Source: Podarcis gaigeae
Lineage: Eukaryota
Assembly (NCBI GenBank): GCA_964106915.2
Contig: OZ066919.1
Length of the DNA: 64,000 nucleotides
Direction: 5' to 3' (one strand)
Each line of letters starts with the position of its first letter. Position 1 is the first letter of the stretch. This document shows positions 11,534-21,459 of the stretch, piece after piece. The translations under genes were made by a program, and so were the position numbers. A model generated the notes under the pieces. That model was not told the origin of the DNA and searched no databases. It saw only the letters and a list, made by a program, of their open reading frames with translations.

Positions 11534-14500
11534 TCTTCACTGTTGCAACAGAGTCCCCCACCCCTATCCCGCTGCAGGAAGGTAAGGACCTAGAACAAAA
11601 GTGTATAACAGCTTTTAAAGGCTTTAGAAATTGCACGACCCCTTAGCCAAAGACCACCCAAAAGCATCATACAACCGTCACAGAAACAGGCGGTCTACAA
11701 CATAAATTTGAGAGTTTGGCTTGTCTCCTGTTTCTCAAGATACCTGATAATGCTTGCTGACTTGCATTATCTTTGCCAGTTGGGGCCATCTTGTGAAATA
11801 GTATGTACCCTAGTTTCTGAAACCATTGTCACAGACCTCTCCCCTATTCATAAACAAAGTGTCTCTTTTGAGTGAATTTGAAGGATTTGTAAGTGAAAAG
11901 AACCATTGGGGAAGGTTTTTCCACAGTATTTCCTTCTGCAGAGAAATATTTGGGGTCTGAAATATCTCAGGCATGTGGTTTATGTACTTAAGTTTTATTT
12001 ATGACACCTTAGAATTCTTATGACAATTCCACATTGTATTTAAAAGATGCTGTCTTACTCCTGATTCCTCTCACTCTCTGTTCTGCCAAGAGGAAATTGG
12101 CCTGCAGTGCTTCACTCCTGACCTACGCCAATTGCGCTGTTGGTGGAAGTGGGAGACCACAGAACATGGCCCCTCTCAAAGCATATTGTACTGGGCAGAA
12201 GAGAACAGCAGAAATTCAAGGTGACACAACAACACCCCGCCCCCAAATCCTGGGCTGTCCTGCTGCCGTAGTTATGATTGCTGGTGTCCACCGTTCATCC
12301 TCCAAAATACCCCTGCCACCCCCTCAACTCTCACATGTCCACAATAGGCAAAGCTCTGAATCAGCATTGTCTCTGAAGTCACCCAAGGCTGCCCCCCAAA
12401 TATTCATATCATCTAGTCCAACCCCATACCAAGCAGGGAAATGAGGTGGGTCACTTTTGCCTATGTGGTCTTGAACATGTCCAGGGACTTTCTTTTTTAA
12501 AGATGTGTACGCAAGTACCTGTGTAAGAAATAAAAAGGTAGTGGAGGCAGAGGAGGAAGAATGATTGAGAGGAGAGACAAAAAAGAAATCCTGGGTATTT
12601 TTCATCAGGCTCTGCCCATTAATGCATACAGCAAGCACCAAAATAGCAATGAATCTATTGACTGGGAGGAAACTGGAGTGTGCGGGCATTTGTGAGCCAA
12701 CCATACATGCAAAAAGAAAAAATGAGCTTCAAATGACCTGTTTACAAGATAATGCCTCTGGGTAGACATAGCTTCTGTTGATATAGCTGACTCCATCCTG
12801 ACTCTTGGTTTCCAGAATGCAAACCTGGCAGAAGTGTGAGGGGAAAGAAGAGGAGATTAAGCCCCACTATGACCGCCATAACCAGATATGCACCTTCCAG
12901 CCTAGCAACACAAGTTATATCTCTGTCCTGGTGATTCTCAGCCAGGGACAGCAAGAAGTCAACTACTTGAAAGAGCCATTCCAACTGCACCATGTTGGTA
13001 AGAATCTCCAACATGTTTGGGCCACGGCACCATGGCTGCTGTCAGTCTGCATTTTGGGGGTAGCAAACTGTCCTGAAGAGCAGGAGCATCAGGCGGTGTA
13101 TAGTGCTGTTTGCACTGCATTGGGCCTCTGCCGCTTCTGCAAACTGAGCTGACTTGACCAGCCATCTCTCTCCCTCTGATTACAGTACTCACTGCTCCAC
13201 CAAGCATCCTGCAAGTCACTGTAGACAGAGGTGTGCTAAAGCTGGAGTGGGCACCACCACTGGAAGAGTTAGCTGAACATATGGTGTATCAGATACAGTA
13301 TGCAGTGCAAGACATCTCAAAATGGAAGGTAATATATAAATGTATGAGAAATACATGAGAGAGTATTAGGACCACACATCTGTTGCATTAGATACCCTTT
13401 CCCCCCCTTTCAGTACTAGAGCACAACTGGAAACATAAGGGAAGTGCCTTTGGTAAAAACACATAGCTTTCCCCAGGAAACACTCCCTGGCAGCAGCTGA
13501 AAAAAGGAAAGGAAAGAAAGGCTAATCCAGTTGCAGGCTGCATTAATAGAGCCATAGTTTCCAAAATGAGAAACAATAGCTCCACTTTATTTTGCACCAG
13601 GACCTCATCTGGATTACTGTGTGCAGTGCTGGGCTCCTCACTTTTAAGCTATAGACAAAATGTAATGAGTTCAGTGAAAGGCAATGAATCAGTGTCAATA
13701 GCATGACACCCCCAGCCATCACCATTGGTCTAGGAGACAAGCACAAGCTGAAGGGATGTGTGTCATTGTTGGAATGTTCAGTCACCAAACTGATCTCTGT
13801 TTATACATGTCCTGAGGCATGTGAGACCACAGAAAAGAGCTAAGGCTATAAAACAGCTTTTATAGAACATGTTATTTTTGCAGCTCAGATAGAGTGGCTA
13901 TGGGGTTCTGACCCAGTTCTTCTGAAGTAGCCAATTATATATCAAGGAGCTCACCTGATCCTGCCTCACCTAACAGGGCCCAAACTTCCATCTTCCAGTC
14001 TATGGTGCCCCTGGTCTTTCACTCAGTTCCTCCAGACTGTTCAGCGTTTTGGGGTGAGATGCAATCACATACTGGCAAAATCAAGTTGCACAGTTCAAGT
14101 GAATTTGGTGTGCTGGAAAGGGTGGGCTAACAGTTGTTTGATACAGTGTCATCTGACCTCTCTGCAAACAAATTGGGATGAATATTCAATAAATAGCTAA
14201 TATCATCTAACCTTCATGTAAATCACTGATCTTCAACTGCTAGGTCAGGACCCTGCGGTTCAGCCTTTCTCAATGTTCTCAAAGATGTTGAACTACAATT
14301 CCTATGATTCCTAGCCAGTGTGGCCAATGGTCAGGGATGAGGGGAGTTGTAGTTCAAGAACATCTGGGGACTCAAGGTTGAGAAAGGCTGCTTTAGTTGA
14401 CAATGGACTGATCTAAGGTGGGCCACAACAAGAGCACTCCAACCATGAAGATATATGGCAAAAGATTAAGAAATGGGTTCTCAAATGCATTTTGGGGTTA

Positions 14501-17500
14501 AAAGTGGATCTGAGTCTGATAAGGTTGAAGATACTTGCTGTAAACAATTCAGAGAGAATGCTAAATGAACAGGTTGTCTGGAAGCAACCCAGGTCAATTA
14601 TCTTTTATAATTCCACTGCTCCATTTTGTCATTAAAAAGCCTTTGATCAACATGCCAGGCTTTTCCAGAGGTTTGTGAACTTTCTGATACAATTGCCCTC
14701 AGCCCTTGTAGAGCTGTCTTCTGGCAGCAGGAATTCTGGCAAGTTCATGATAAAATCAAGAGATGCTGCTTTTTTTTTTTTTTTTTTTGCACTAGTTGCA
14801 ATTTGTGGACCATCTTCAAGGGCAGTGTCACATGCCATACTGCCATATCTGGCTTATGAATTCAAGGCATTCAGCCAGATGGGAAAAGTTTAAACAAAGG
14901 GACTTAAAGATGCTACATCCTCCAGTTTTTCAACACAAACAAAGCCTTTCACAAAGTGGGGGAGTGAGTGTGAGAGAGAGACCCATGTTAGAAGTTTGTA
15001 CTGGGATCAGATGAGTGATGCTTGAGGACCAGCAAATACAGAGCAAAAGCAGTCTCACAACTCTGACCCAGATAGCACAACTGCTCTAGGTTCTGGATGT
15101 GAATCTAACCAGCTAAGCACACCTAATGGGGCTATTCTCTGGGCAGACTCTGCAGGTGCAGTACTCAAACAGCAGTGAAATTCATCTGGCAGCTGGGGGC
15201 CACTGCTGCCTTCAGCTTCGTGCTCAGCCAGATGGACAGAAGTTCCAAGGGAACTGGAGTGTGTGGTCAGAACATGTGTGCACTGATGTCCCACCTGATT
15301 CAGGTAAGAGACCACAAATAGAAATGTAGGGTTGGATACAGGCAGTGTTTTTTCCTAAAAAGAAATGTTTAGGGGTACTCTCATTTTCCTACTCATGTTG
15401 AAATACTGCCCCTCAAAGAGGCCAAACTTAAATTCACAAAACATTTAGGGTTATGCGTACCTCTGCATCCCCTGAGGCCCAAATGGGCATTTAGTAAAGA
15501 GCTGACATAGTTTGGTAACACAGCTTCACCTTTGTATCTTCCCTAGGTTCAACCATCTTAAATGTGACACCTGCTCTGTTGCTCTGTGCAGGGCTTGTAT
15601 TGGGGTTGGGCTGCATCTTCCTGTCCATTCACAGGTAAATTTACATCATCTAGCATTCACCTTCAATACTTAGTTTTATTTTGGGAGCTAGTTGCAAATT
15701 GGAGAAACTGTTATGGACACCATGCACAGACAATAATCACAACCATGCACATGAATGTATAGTAAACACACACACTCCCACCTTCACCAGCAATTAGGCT
15801 TGGAAAAAACCATTTTTGCTCCCCTGCCTCCCACATCAGAGATATCTTTCTAGAGTGCAGCTGGAAAGCAAATTTGTACACATGCACCCAGGAAGTTCAC
15901 TCACATACACATATCCTGCAACAATTAGGTTTGAGCAAAGTCTCCTATTGGAGCCAAGAGAGAACTTTTTCCATTCCTATTTGCAAAATGTCCCTCCCCT
16001 GATGCAATTAGGCATGAAAAAAGCCCTCCATTAGCTCTAGTCTAGTAGTAGACTTTGTTCAAACCTAATTGCAGAGGAGGTTCCACTGGGGGAGGAGGTT
16101 TAAAGCTGGGGAGAATTAACTCCCCTCCCCAGCTATCACCCTCAACATTGAAAGCTCACCTCACTCCACCGGTGGTGCCATGATTAGGCTACTATTAGCT
16201 ACAATAGTAGGGTTCTTTCAAATTGCTCAGGGTTGGGGTGGGCTGGGGTTGATGTAAGACCAGGAGTAGGAAACCTAAGGCCTGGGGACTGGATGTGGCC
16301 CAATCACCTTCTCAATCCGGCCCACAGATGGTCTGGGAATCAACATGCTTTTATGAGTAGAATGTGTGCTTTTATTTAAAATGCATCTCTGGGTTATTTT
16401 TGGGACCTGCCTGGTGTTTTTACATGAGTAGAATGTGTGCTTTTATTTAAAATGTGTCTCTGGGTTATTTGTGGGGCATAGTAATTCGTTCATTACCCCC
16501 CCCCCCATATAATCCGGCCCACCACATGGTCTGAGGGACAGTGGACCAGCCCATGGCTGAAAAAGGTTGCTGACCCCTGTGTAAGACCAAAACAAAAAAC
16601 ACACACTGTGTGGGATGGGGCTGTGATAGAGGCAGATTAGCTTCTATTGAGATCAGCTGGGCTCCCTGAATTTCACATGCTCATTGTTCCTTGTTAAGCA
16701 GTCTGAAACAAAAGCTCTGGCCGCCCATCCCAGACCTTCACCACGTCCTGGATGGATTCCTTGAGGACAATGGAAAGCACCAGGTGAGGTCTTCCTCTTC
16801 CATACAGGCACCAACACCAATGTTGTTGGTGGATAGGACAGGAGACCAGAGTAATCATTTTTAAAGGTGATGAACAGTATGGCTGCCTTACTGTCTTTCA
16901 GTTCTGTTTTGATGGGAGCCTGCTTCAAGTTTGCAAGGCTTCATGACTGACATGAAAACATCATGTCTTTTCCTTGTTAGGTCTTTTTCTTGATTAGTCT
17001 TTTCCTTGATGCAGATTTATAAATCCTGAATTGTGATTTGTAAATGTTGTCATAGTGGAAGTTTAAGAGGCAGCATACTTTGTCTGAAGCAGCATTAAGA
17101 GTCATTTTAACGTGGCGAGTCAGAATACACCAAAATAGAGTATCTAACAGTGACAAAGAGGGCTATAAATACAGAACCATGAAACTGACATTTCTCTCTG
17201 CCTTATTTCTTATAGTTTCCAGCAGAATTGCATTAATTCCCATAACAAAATCTCATGCTGATGTTGCTTCTGTCAGCTATCCTCTCTCCAGGGAGATTTT
17301 CTGTCTGAAGTTAGGATGGCAAATATGTGCCCCCAGGTATTTTGTAATAGGAGTGTTAACATGTACACAGAGATAAGTATGCATGTACACATTTACCTCC
17401 ACACTATAGATTGGAGAGGGTGAAGCCCAGGGACATTTTTGTGTTTCTGATGCTGCTTCCTTCCCATCTTCCAGGTGAATGCTTTCTTCTGCAACAAAAC

Positions 17501-17912
17501 TTTAGAGGACACACCTTTGACTTGCCTGCTGGAAGTCCTGTCTGAGATACCCCTGGAAACACGTAGCAGTAGCCCTCTCCTAGATAGTACTCAGCTGCAC
17601 CAGACAGAAAGGGACACCCAGGCTTCTTCACACTTGTACTACATGGTGCCAAGTCCTAGCAATCCCCAAGGGAATAATAATGAAAATGAGTATTTTGGTG
17701 CCACTGATGATGGACATGACACATTCTCAGTGCCCTTGGAACATGATCTACACATAACTTCGGAACTGAAGGTCCAGCTAAGTATCTTCACCTTGTTCAG
17801 CACACCACTTTTGGCTCCTGACACAAAAGAGGAAAGAAGTTGGGAAACATCTGGGGACGAGTCTGTGTCTGCCACACACATATCAAACCAGTCTTACCTG
17901 CTCGTGGGCTGA
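2343..17912 (+). CDS. MPL: Thrombopoietin receptor (class I cytokine receptor), 12 coding exons, ~647 aa
   Basis: Exons: 2343-2436 (signal peptide MAVPLCLVRPLLAILLLISLPVLNC), 7134-7266 (CFSRTFEDLTCFWDE, identical to the human MPL motif), 7384-7565, 8659-8813, 9368-9524 (PDGLSLDGLWGPLS), 12091-12220 (GLQCFTPDL), 12816-12997, 13186-13328, 15147-15303 (WSVWS), 15547-15634 (transmembrane), 16699(or 16702)-16783 (Box1 LWPPIPDL), 17475-17912 (Box2 LLEVLSE, THISNQSYL, TGA). All junctions are GT-AG, phases match, total 1944 nt. Synteny with CDC20 and ELOVL1 agrees. Confidence 0.96.
3849..4106. mobile_element. Tc1/mariner (pogo/Tigger-like) MITE, family A
   Basis: TIR CAGTGGTACCTCAGGTT...AACCTGAGGTACCACTG followed by TA; internal GCTTCAGGTTA repeats; four related copies in the window. 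Confidence 0.88.
5843..6278. mobile_element. Solo LTR (436 bp) in MPL intron 1
   Basis: Begins TGT, ends ACA, flanked by the 5-bp direct repeat CAAGG (5838-5842 and 6279-6283); richer in CpG than its flanks. Confidence 0.75.
6446..6640. mobile_element. Penelope-like element terminal fragment (inverted-repeat structure)
   Basis: Perfect 30-bp inverted repeat 6511-6540 / 6588-6617 enclosing a hammerhead motif, an arrangement typical of Penelope-like ends. Confidence 0.7.
6541..6578 (+). ncRNA. Minimal type I hammerhead ribozyme motif
   Basis: GTAT-CTGAAGA-A-GTGTG(CATG)CACAC-GAAA-GC-TC-ATAC: helix I GUAU/AUAC, CUGANGA core, helix II, GAAA, and a UC cleavage site at 6573-6574. Confidence 0.7.
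9880..10360 (+). mobile_element. Degraded L2-type LINE 3' fragment
   Basis: Similar to the 3' part of the RT ORF at 62900-63450 (e.g. TTGCACTCTATGTGGGGC, CTGCACTGG) but frameshifted. Confidence 0.7.
10625..10890 (+). mobile_element. CR1-type LINE 3' end fragment
   Basis: GGTTTTAAAAGAGGGTTAG...AAATTAATGG terminal coding motif and TAGATGGAC...GGGCTGATCC 3' stem, as in sauropsid CR1 (recognised from memory). Confidence 0.55.
11491..11532. repeat. (AGCA)n tetranucleotide microsatellite
   Basis: About 10 perfect units. Confidence 0.95.
14261..14390. mobile_element. Palindromic hAT-type MITE
   Basis: CAGCCTTTCTCAA...TTGAGAAAGGCTG termini with internal AACTACAA/TTGTAGTT arms; related to 47996-48131, ~4945-5060, ~22880-23020 and ~58810-58940. 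Confidence 0.75.
16261..16579. mobile_element. Non-autonomous hAT (Charlie/OC1-like) element in MPL intron 10
   Basis: CAGG...CCTG ends, perfect 8-bp TSD TGTAAGAC (16253-16260, 16580-16587), internal tandem duplication. Confidence 0.88.
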
Positions 17913-18809
17913 CTGTACATGCTCATTAGAGGGTGGCAACAAGAAATGATGTGGTTCTGTAGATTTTTGCAGAAGATATTCTCAGCTGCTGCAGGAAAGG
18001 CATTTTGCCAATTCCTGCACATTGAATCTGTTTCCTGTCCTTAGCAGCTGATTGCATTAGGCTGAGGGATAAGAGTAAAACCTGATTGGGAGATATACCC
18101 ACATGGTAACTGGTACTCAAGGCCCATCATATATATTTCCAAATGCAGTGCAATTCCTAAGAAACTACACCCTACTGATTTACCCATTGATTTTTATAGC
18201 ACGAGAGCCAGAGATAGCTGCAAAAAGCCATTTAGGACTTTCCACAACACGGAGAAGTAAACTGGCCGTTGCATGGGATGTTATGCCGATTATGAGAGCC
18301 AATCACAGCAATATGTAGTCAGCATAGAAATGCATATAATCTGTGGCTACTTAGTCTTAATGTGGTAACTCACATCATGTTGATAGGCCACACTGTAAAA
18401 ATCAACTTAATCTATTCTGCCTTTGACTTCATTTTACATCATGAGCCACAACTCTCCTACAGCAGGGGAGTCACTATAATTACTGGCATTTGCATTGTGA
18501 CCAGGTATTAGTGCATAGAATAATGTTTAGTAGTGCAACTTTTGTAAAAGCACACTCACTGTGGTCCCCTCAGTGCAAAGCCACGGAAATATGTAGGAGG
18601 TGGAGCTTTTGCAAGAGTATTCAGGATGGGATGGTTTTGAAACATAACACACAGGGCTTTCCAAAGGGACTCATTGCTGAAACACCTCTTAAAATGTAAG
18701 GGTGTGGCTGAGCTTAGCATTTCGCCTTCAGGCACATGTATATACTACCTTGTTCTTCCCTGTATATTGCTTTGTACAGTCTGTGTTGGTGATTATAGTA
18801 TAGATAAAG

Positions 18810-18815
18810 AATAAA
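18810..18815 (+). terminator. Likely MPL polyadenylation signal
   Basis: AATAAA about 0.9 kb after the MPL stop codon and upstream of the CDC20 promoter. Confidence 0.5.
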
Positions 18816-19841
18816 ATCCCATTGGCTCTGAAGAGGTTTTACTTCATGAGATTACAAATTGCTTACACTGAAAATAACCAGTCTTGCACCGCACAACACC
18901 TTTAAAAGCATTGGTCTGTTTGTGTCAAGCCTAACATTCTGGGAGCAATCTATCCTGGCCAATATTATCCCACTTCCAACCGTAGAGGCTAATTTAGTGC
19001 AAAGCAGAAGAGCTTACATTTATTCCCAGCAATTAACCATATCACTAATGCTCAAACTGACTTTCTTGCACTTCAGGTCTGTCTACTGTTAAAATCAAAA
19101 GGCCCGTTAGTTTAAATGCAAACAGCTGGATTTAAGCAATTTGTGGATCACAGCATGCATTGCACAACTGCTTATTCAGATCTTCCTCAACAAGGCAGCC
19201 TGCAATCTTCCCCAGTCTACTCAAGGTTGGGGACAAGACTGGTTTTTTTGAGGTGTGCCAGAGTTGGGTTCCCAGGCCAGAGTTGAAAGCGCAGCAGTCT
19301 TTGTTGTTTTTATTCCACAGGCATGGAACCCTCTAGTTACTAGTCTAGTAGTTACTTGATGGCATTTGAAGGTCAGAAGTCAAGCACATCTTGTACTAGA
19401 GATCAAATGCAGCATTTAACCCTCACTGCTACAGGGGTGGTAAGGGGCAGACAGATTTATAAGTGCCAGGGCTTGACAATCTTGGCTAAGCTCTGCTACT
19501 ATCCTTGCAGCTTTGTATTAATAGGTGGTGCAACTCAGAACTTTGAGGGGTGAGCTCTCAGCACAGGAACCAACTCCTAGGGGCTGAGATCCCTTTGCAC
19601 TCTTCCCAAGTTGATGGGCATTGCCATTCAAATGGTGGGCGTGTGCTGCATCATGTGATTCATTAGGTGGGGCGGGGCTTACCTAAGCCCCCCACAATAT
19701 TTGTCAAGTTGCCATCCCTGGCTCTCAGGAGGCGTTCCTGTGGTAGAGGTCCCTGGTTCAATTGTTGCGAATTCACGTTGGGCTGGGAAAACACTTCGTC
19801 CTCGAACTCTGAGGAGCCGCTGCCAGTAGTGTAGACCAGTA

Positions 19842-20053
19842 CAGTGGTACCTCGGGTTACAGGTTACGGACTCTGCTAACCCAGAAATATTACCTCGGGT
19901 TAAGAACTTTGCTTCAAGATGAGAACAGAAATTGTGCAGCAGCAGCAGCTGCAGGAGGCCCCATTAACCAAACTGGTGCTTCAGGTTAAGAACAGTTTCA
20001 GGTTAAGAATGGACCTCCAGAACGAATTAAGTTCTTAACTCGAGGTACCACTG
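19842..20053. mobile_element. pogo/Tigger-like MITE, family A
   Basis: TA|CAGTGGTACCTCG...CGAGGTACCACTG|TA. Confidence 0.9.
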
Positions 20054-20199
20054 TACTGCGCAAGGTGGCCCAACGGCCTGAGCCAATACAAGGCAGCTTT
20101 CTCCTGTTGCATTTTCCCCCCGGGGAGTGGGGGAAAGAAGAGACGACCAAAGGCAATCACTTTCCCGAATGGCCCTGTATAAATTGGAGAGTTGGGCAG

Positions 20200-21010
20200 A
20201 ATCCGCCCTACGAATTCCACCACGTGGCTCAGAGTCCTCAGCCGCAGACGCAGGCGGCTCATTAGGGAAGCAGCGACTTCGGAGAGCTCTGACCGCATCA
20301 CACGCACCCGCCCGGGATGCCTCGGTGGGCGATGCGCACGCGCGAAACATTCCGCGGCCCTCTCGCGACTGAGCCGTAGCGGACGTGCGGTTCCAAGCCT
20401 CGGTTGGAATTTTGGAACGTTATTGCGGCGTCCGGCGCCATGGCAACCCCGCTGCCCTCTTCTCTCCCTCCTCCCCACTCCGCCACCGCCGCTAGGCATC
20501 ATGGGAAGCGCCCGCACTCAGGAAAACGCCCCTGCTTTATCCATGGAGCCGCACGGCTCCCTCCCAGATACCTGCCCTAGCAGAGCCCCGCCTCCTCGCC
20601 GTCGGAGAGCCAATGAGAGACGAAGGTTGCCCGTTGGCCTCGGCTTCCCGGCGGCCGGCGCGTTCGAAACGGCCAATCGCTGCTCGGAGAGGCGAATTTA
20701 AATCGTGAATGGCGGAAGGGCTCGGCAGAGTTTCCTCCAGATCGAGAAAAAAGGTGAGTCCGGTTTGTTTGCCTCCAGGCGGCCCGCTGCGTCGCTGCTG
20801 TGGCTCCGCACCCGCTTGGCTTCCCTCGATCTCCTCGCCGCCTGTAGGGCTTTTTCCTGCCCCCCATCTCCGCCGCGTGGCCCGTAGTGGGGCTGCCCAC
20901 CCTGCACGGGGAGCTTCCTGTGGATGGGTGGTGCAGTAGACCACGCCGAGATAGATAGAAGGTACCCCTGCCACTCTTTTTAGTGCCGCTGTTGAAAACG
21001 GCTGGGGTCG
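20200..21010 (+). promoter_or_regulatory. CDC20: CDC20 CpG-island promoter with G2/M cell-cycle elements and non-coding exon 1
   Basis: CpG-dense region. GC box CCCCGCCTCC ~20586, CCAAT at 20610-20614 and 20673-20677, CHR-type TTCGAA at 20663-20668 and TTTAAA at 20697-20702. The donor AAG|GTGAGT after 20753 can splice to the acceptor CACAG| at 21447. Confidence 0.8.
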
Positions 21011-21459
21011 CAAGGCATCTTATAAAAGCAGTGCACCCTTTCAGGAAACCTCCGGGGGTCGTAAAGTACGAAGAAACTTCCTTATTGCTTGTTTCCACTT
21101 AGATGCAGAACCTGTGTCTTCAGGTGGAGGCTCCCATGGGTCGATGCTGTTGCATGGGGTGCAGAGTCGGGGAGTTCCTTTGCATTTAGAAAAGTAAATT
21201 TTGATGGGAAGGGGGTGCAATATGGCCTTTCTTGAAAAACGCAGCTTTCTATATAGAGGAGCATTCATATGTGTGAGCCTCCATCTGATCCGAATTTAGA
21301 CTTGCTAGCTTAGGGCTAGGCCAAACTGACTGGGAATGGGGAATAACACGCATGCTCACCCAACCCTACTGCAGATGTGTATTGCATGGTCTCTGTTGGC
21401 CTTTTGTTTGCAGCTGCTATTTATTTTATCTGGCTTTATCCTCACAGCGCCCTATTCAC

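Noticed and set aside
18826-18860. Second hammerhead core (CTGAAGA)
   Set aside because: No helix II followed by GAAA and no closing helix I.
20027-21098. Many overlapping 100-170 aa ORFs on both strands
   Set aside because: They arise from the stop-poor CDC20 CpG island; Arg/Pro/Gly-rich with no recognisable domain.
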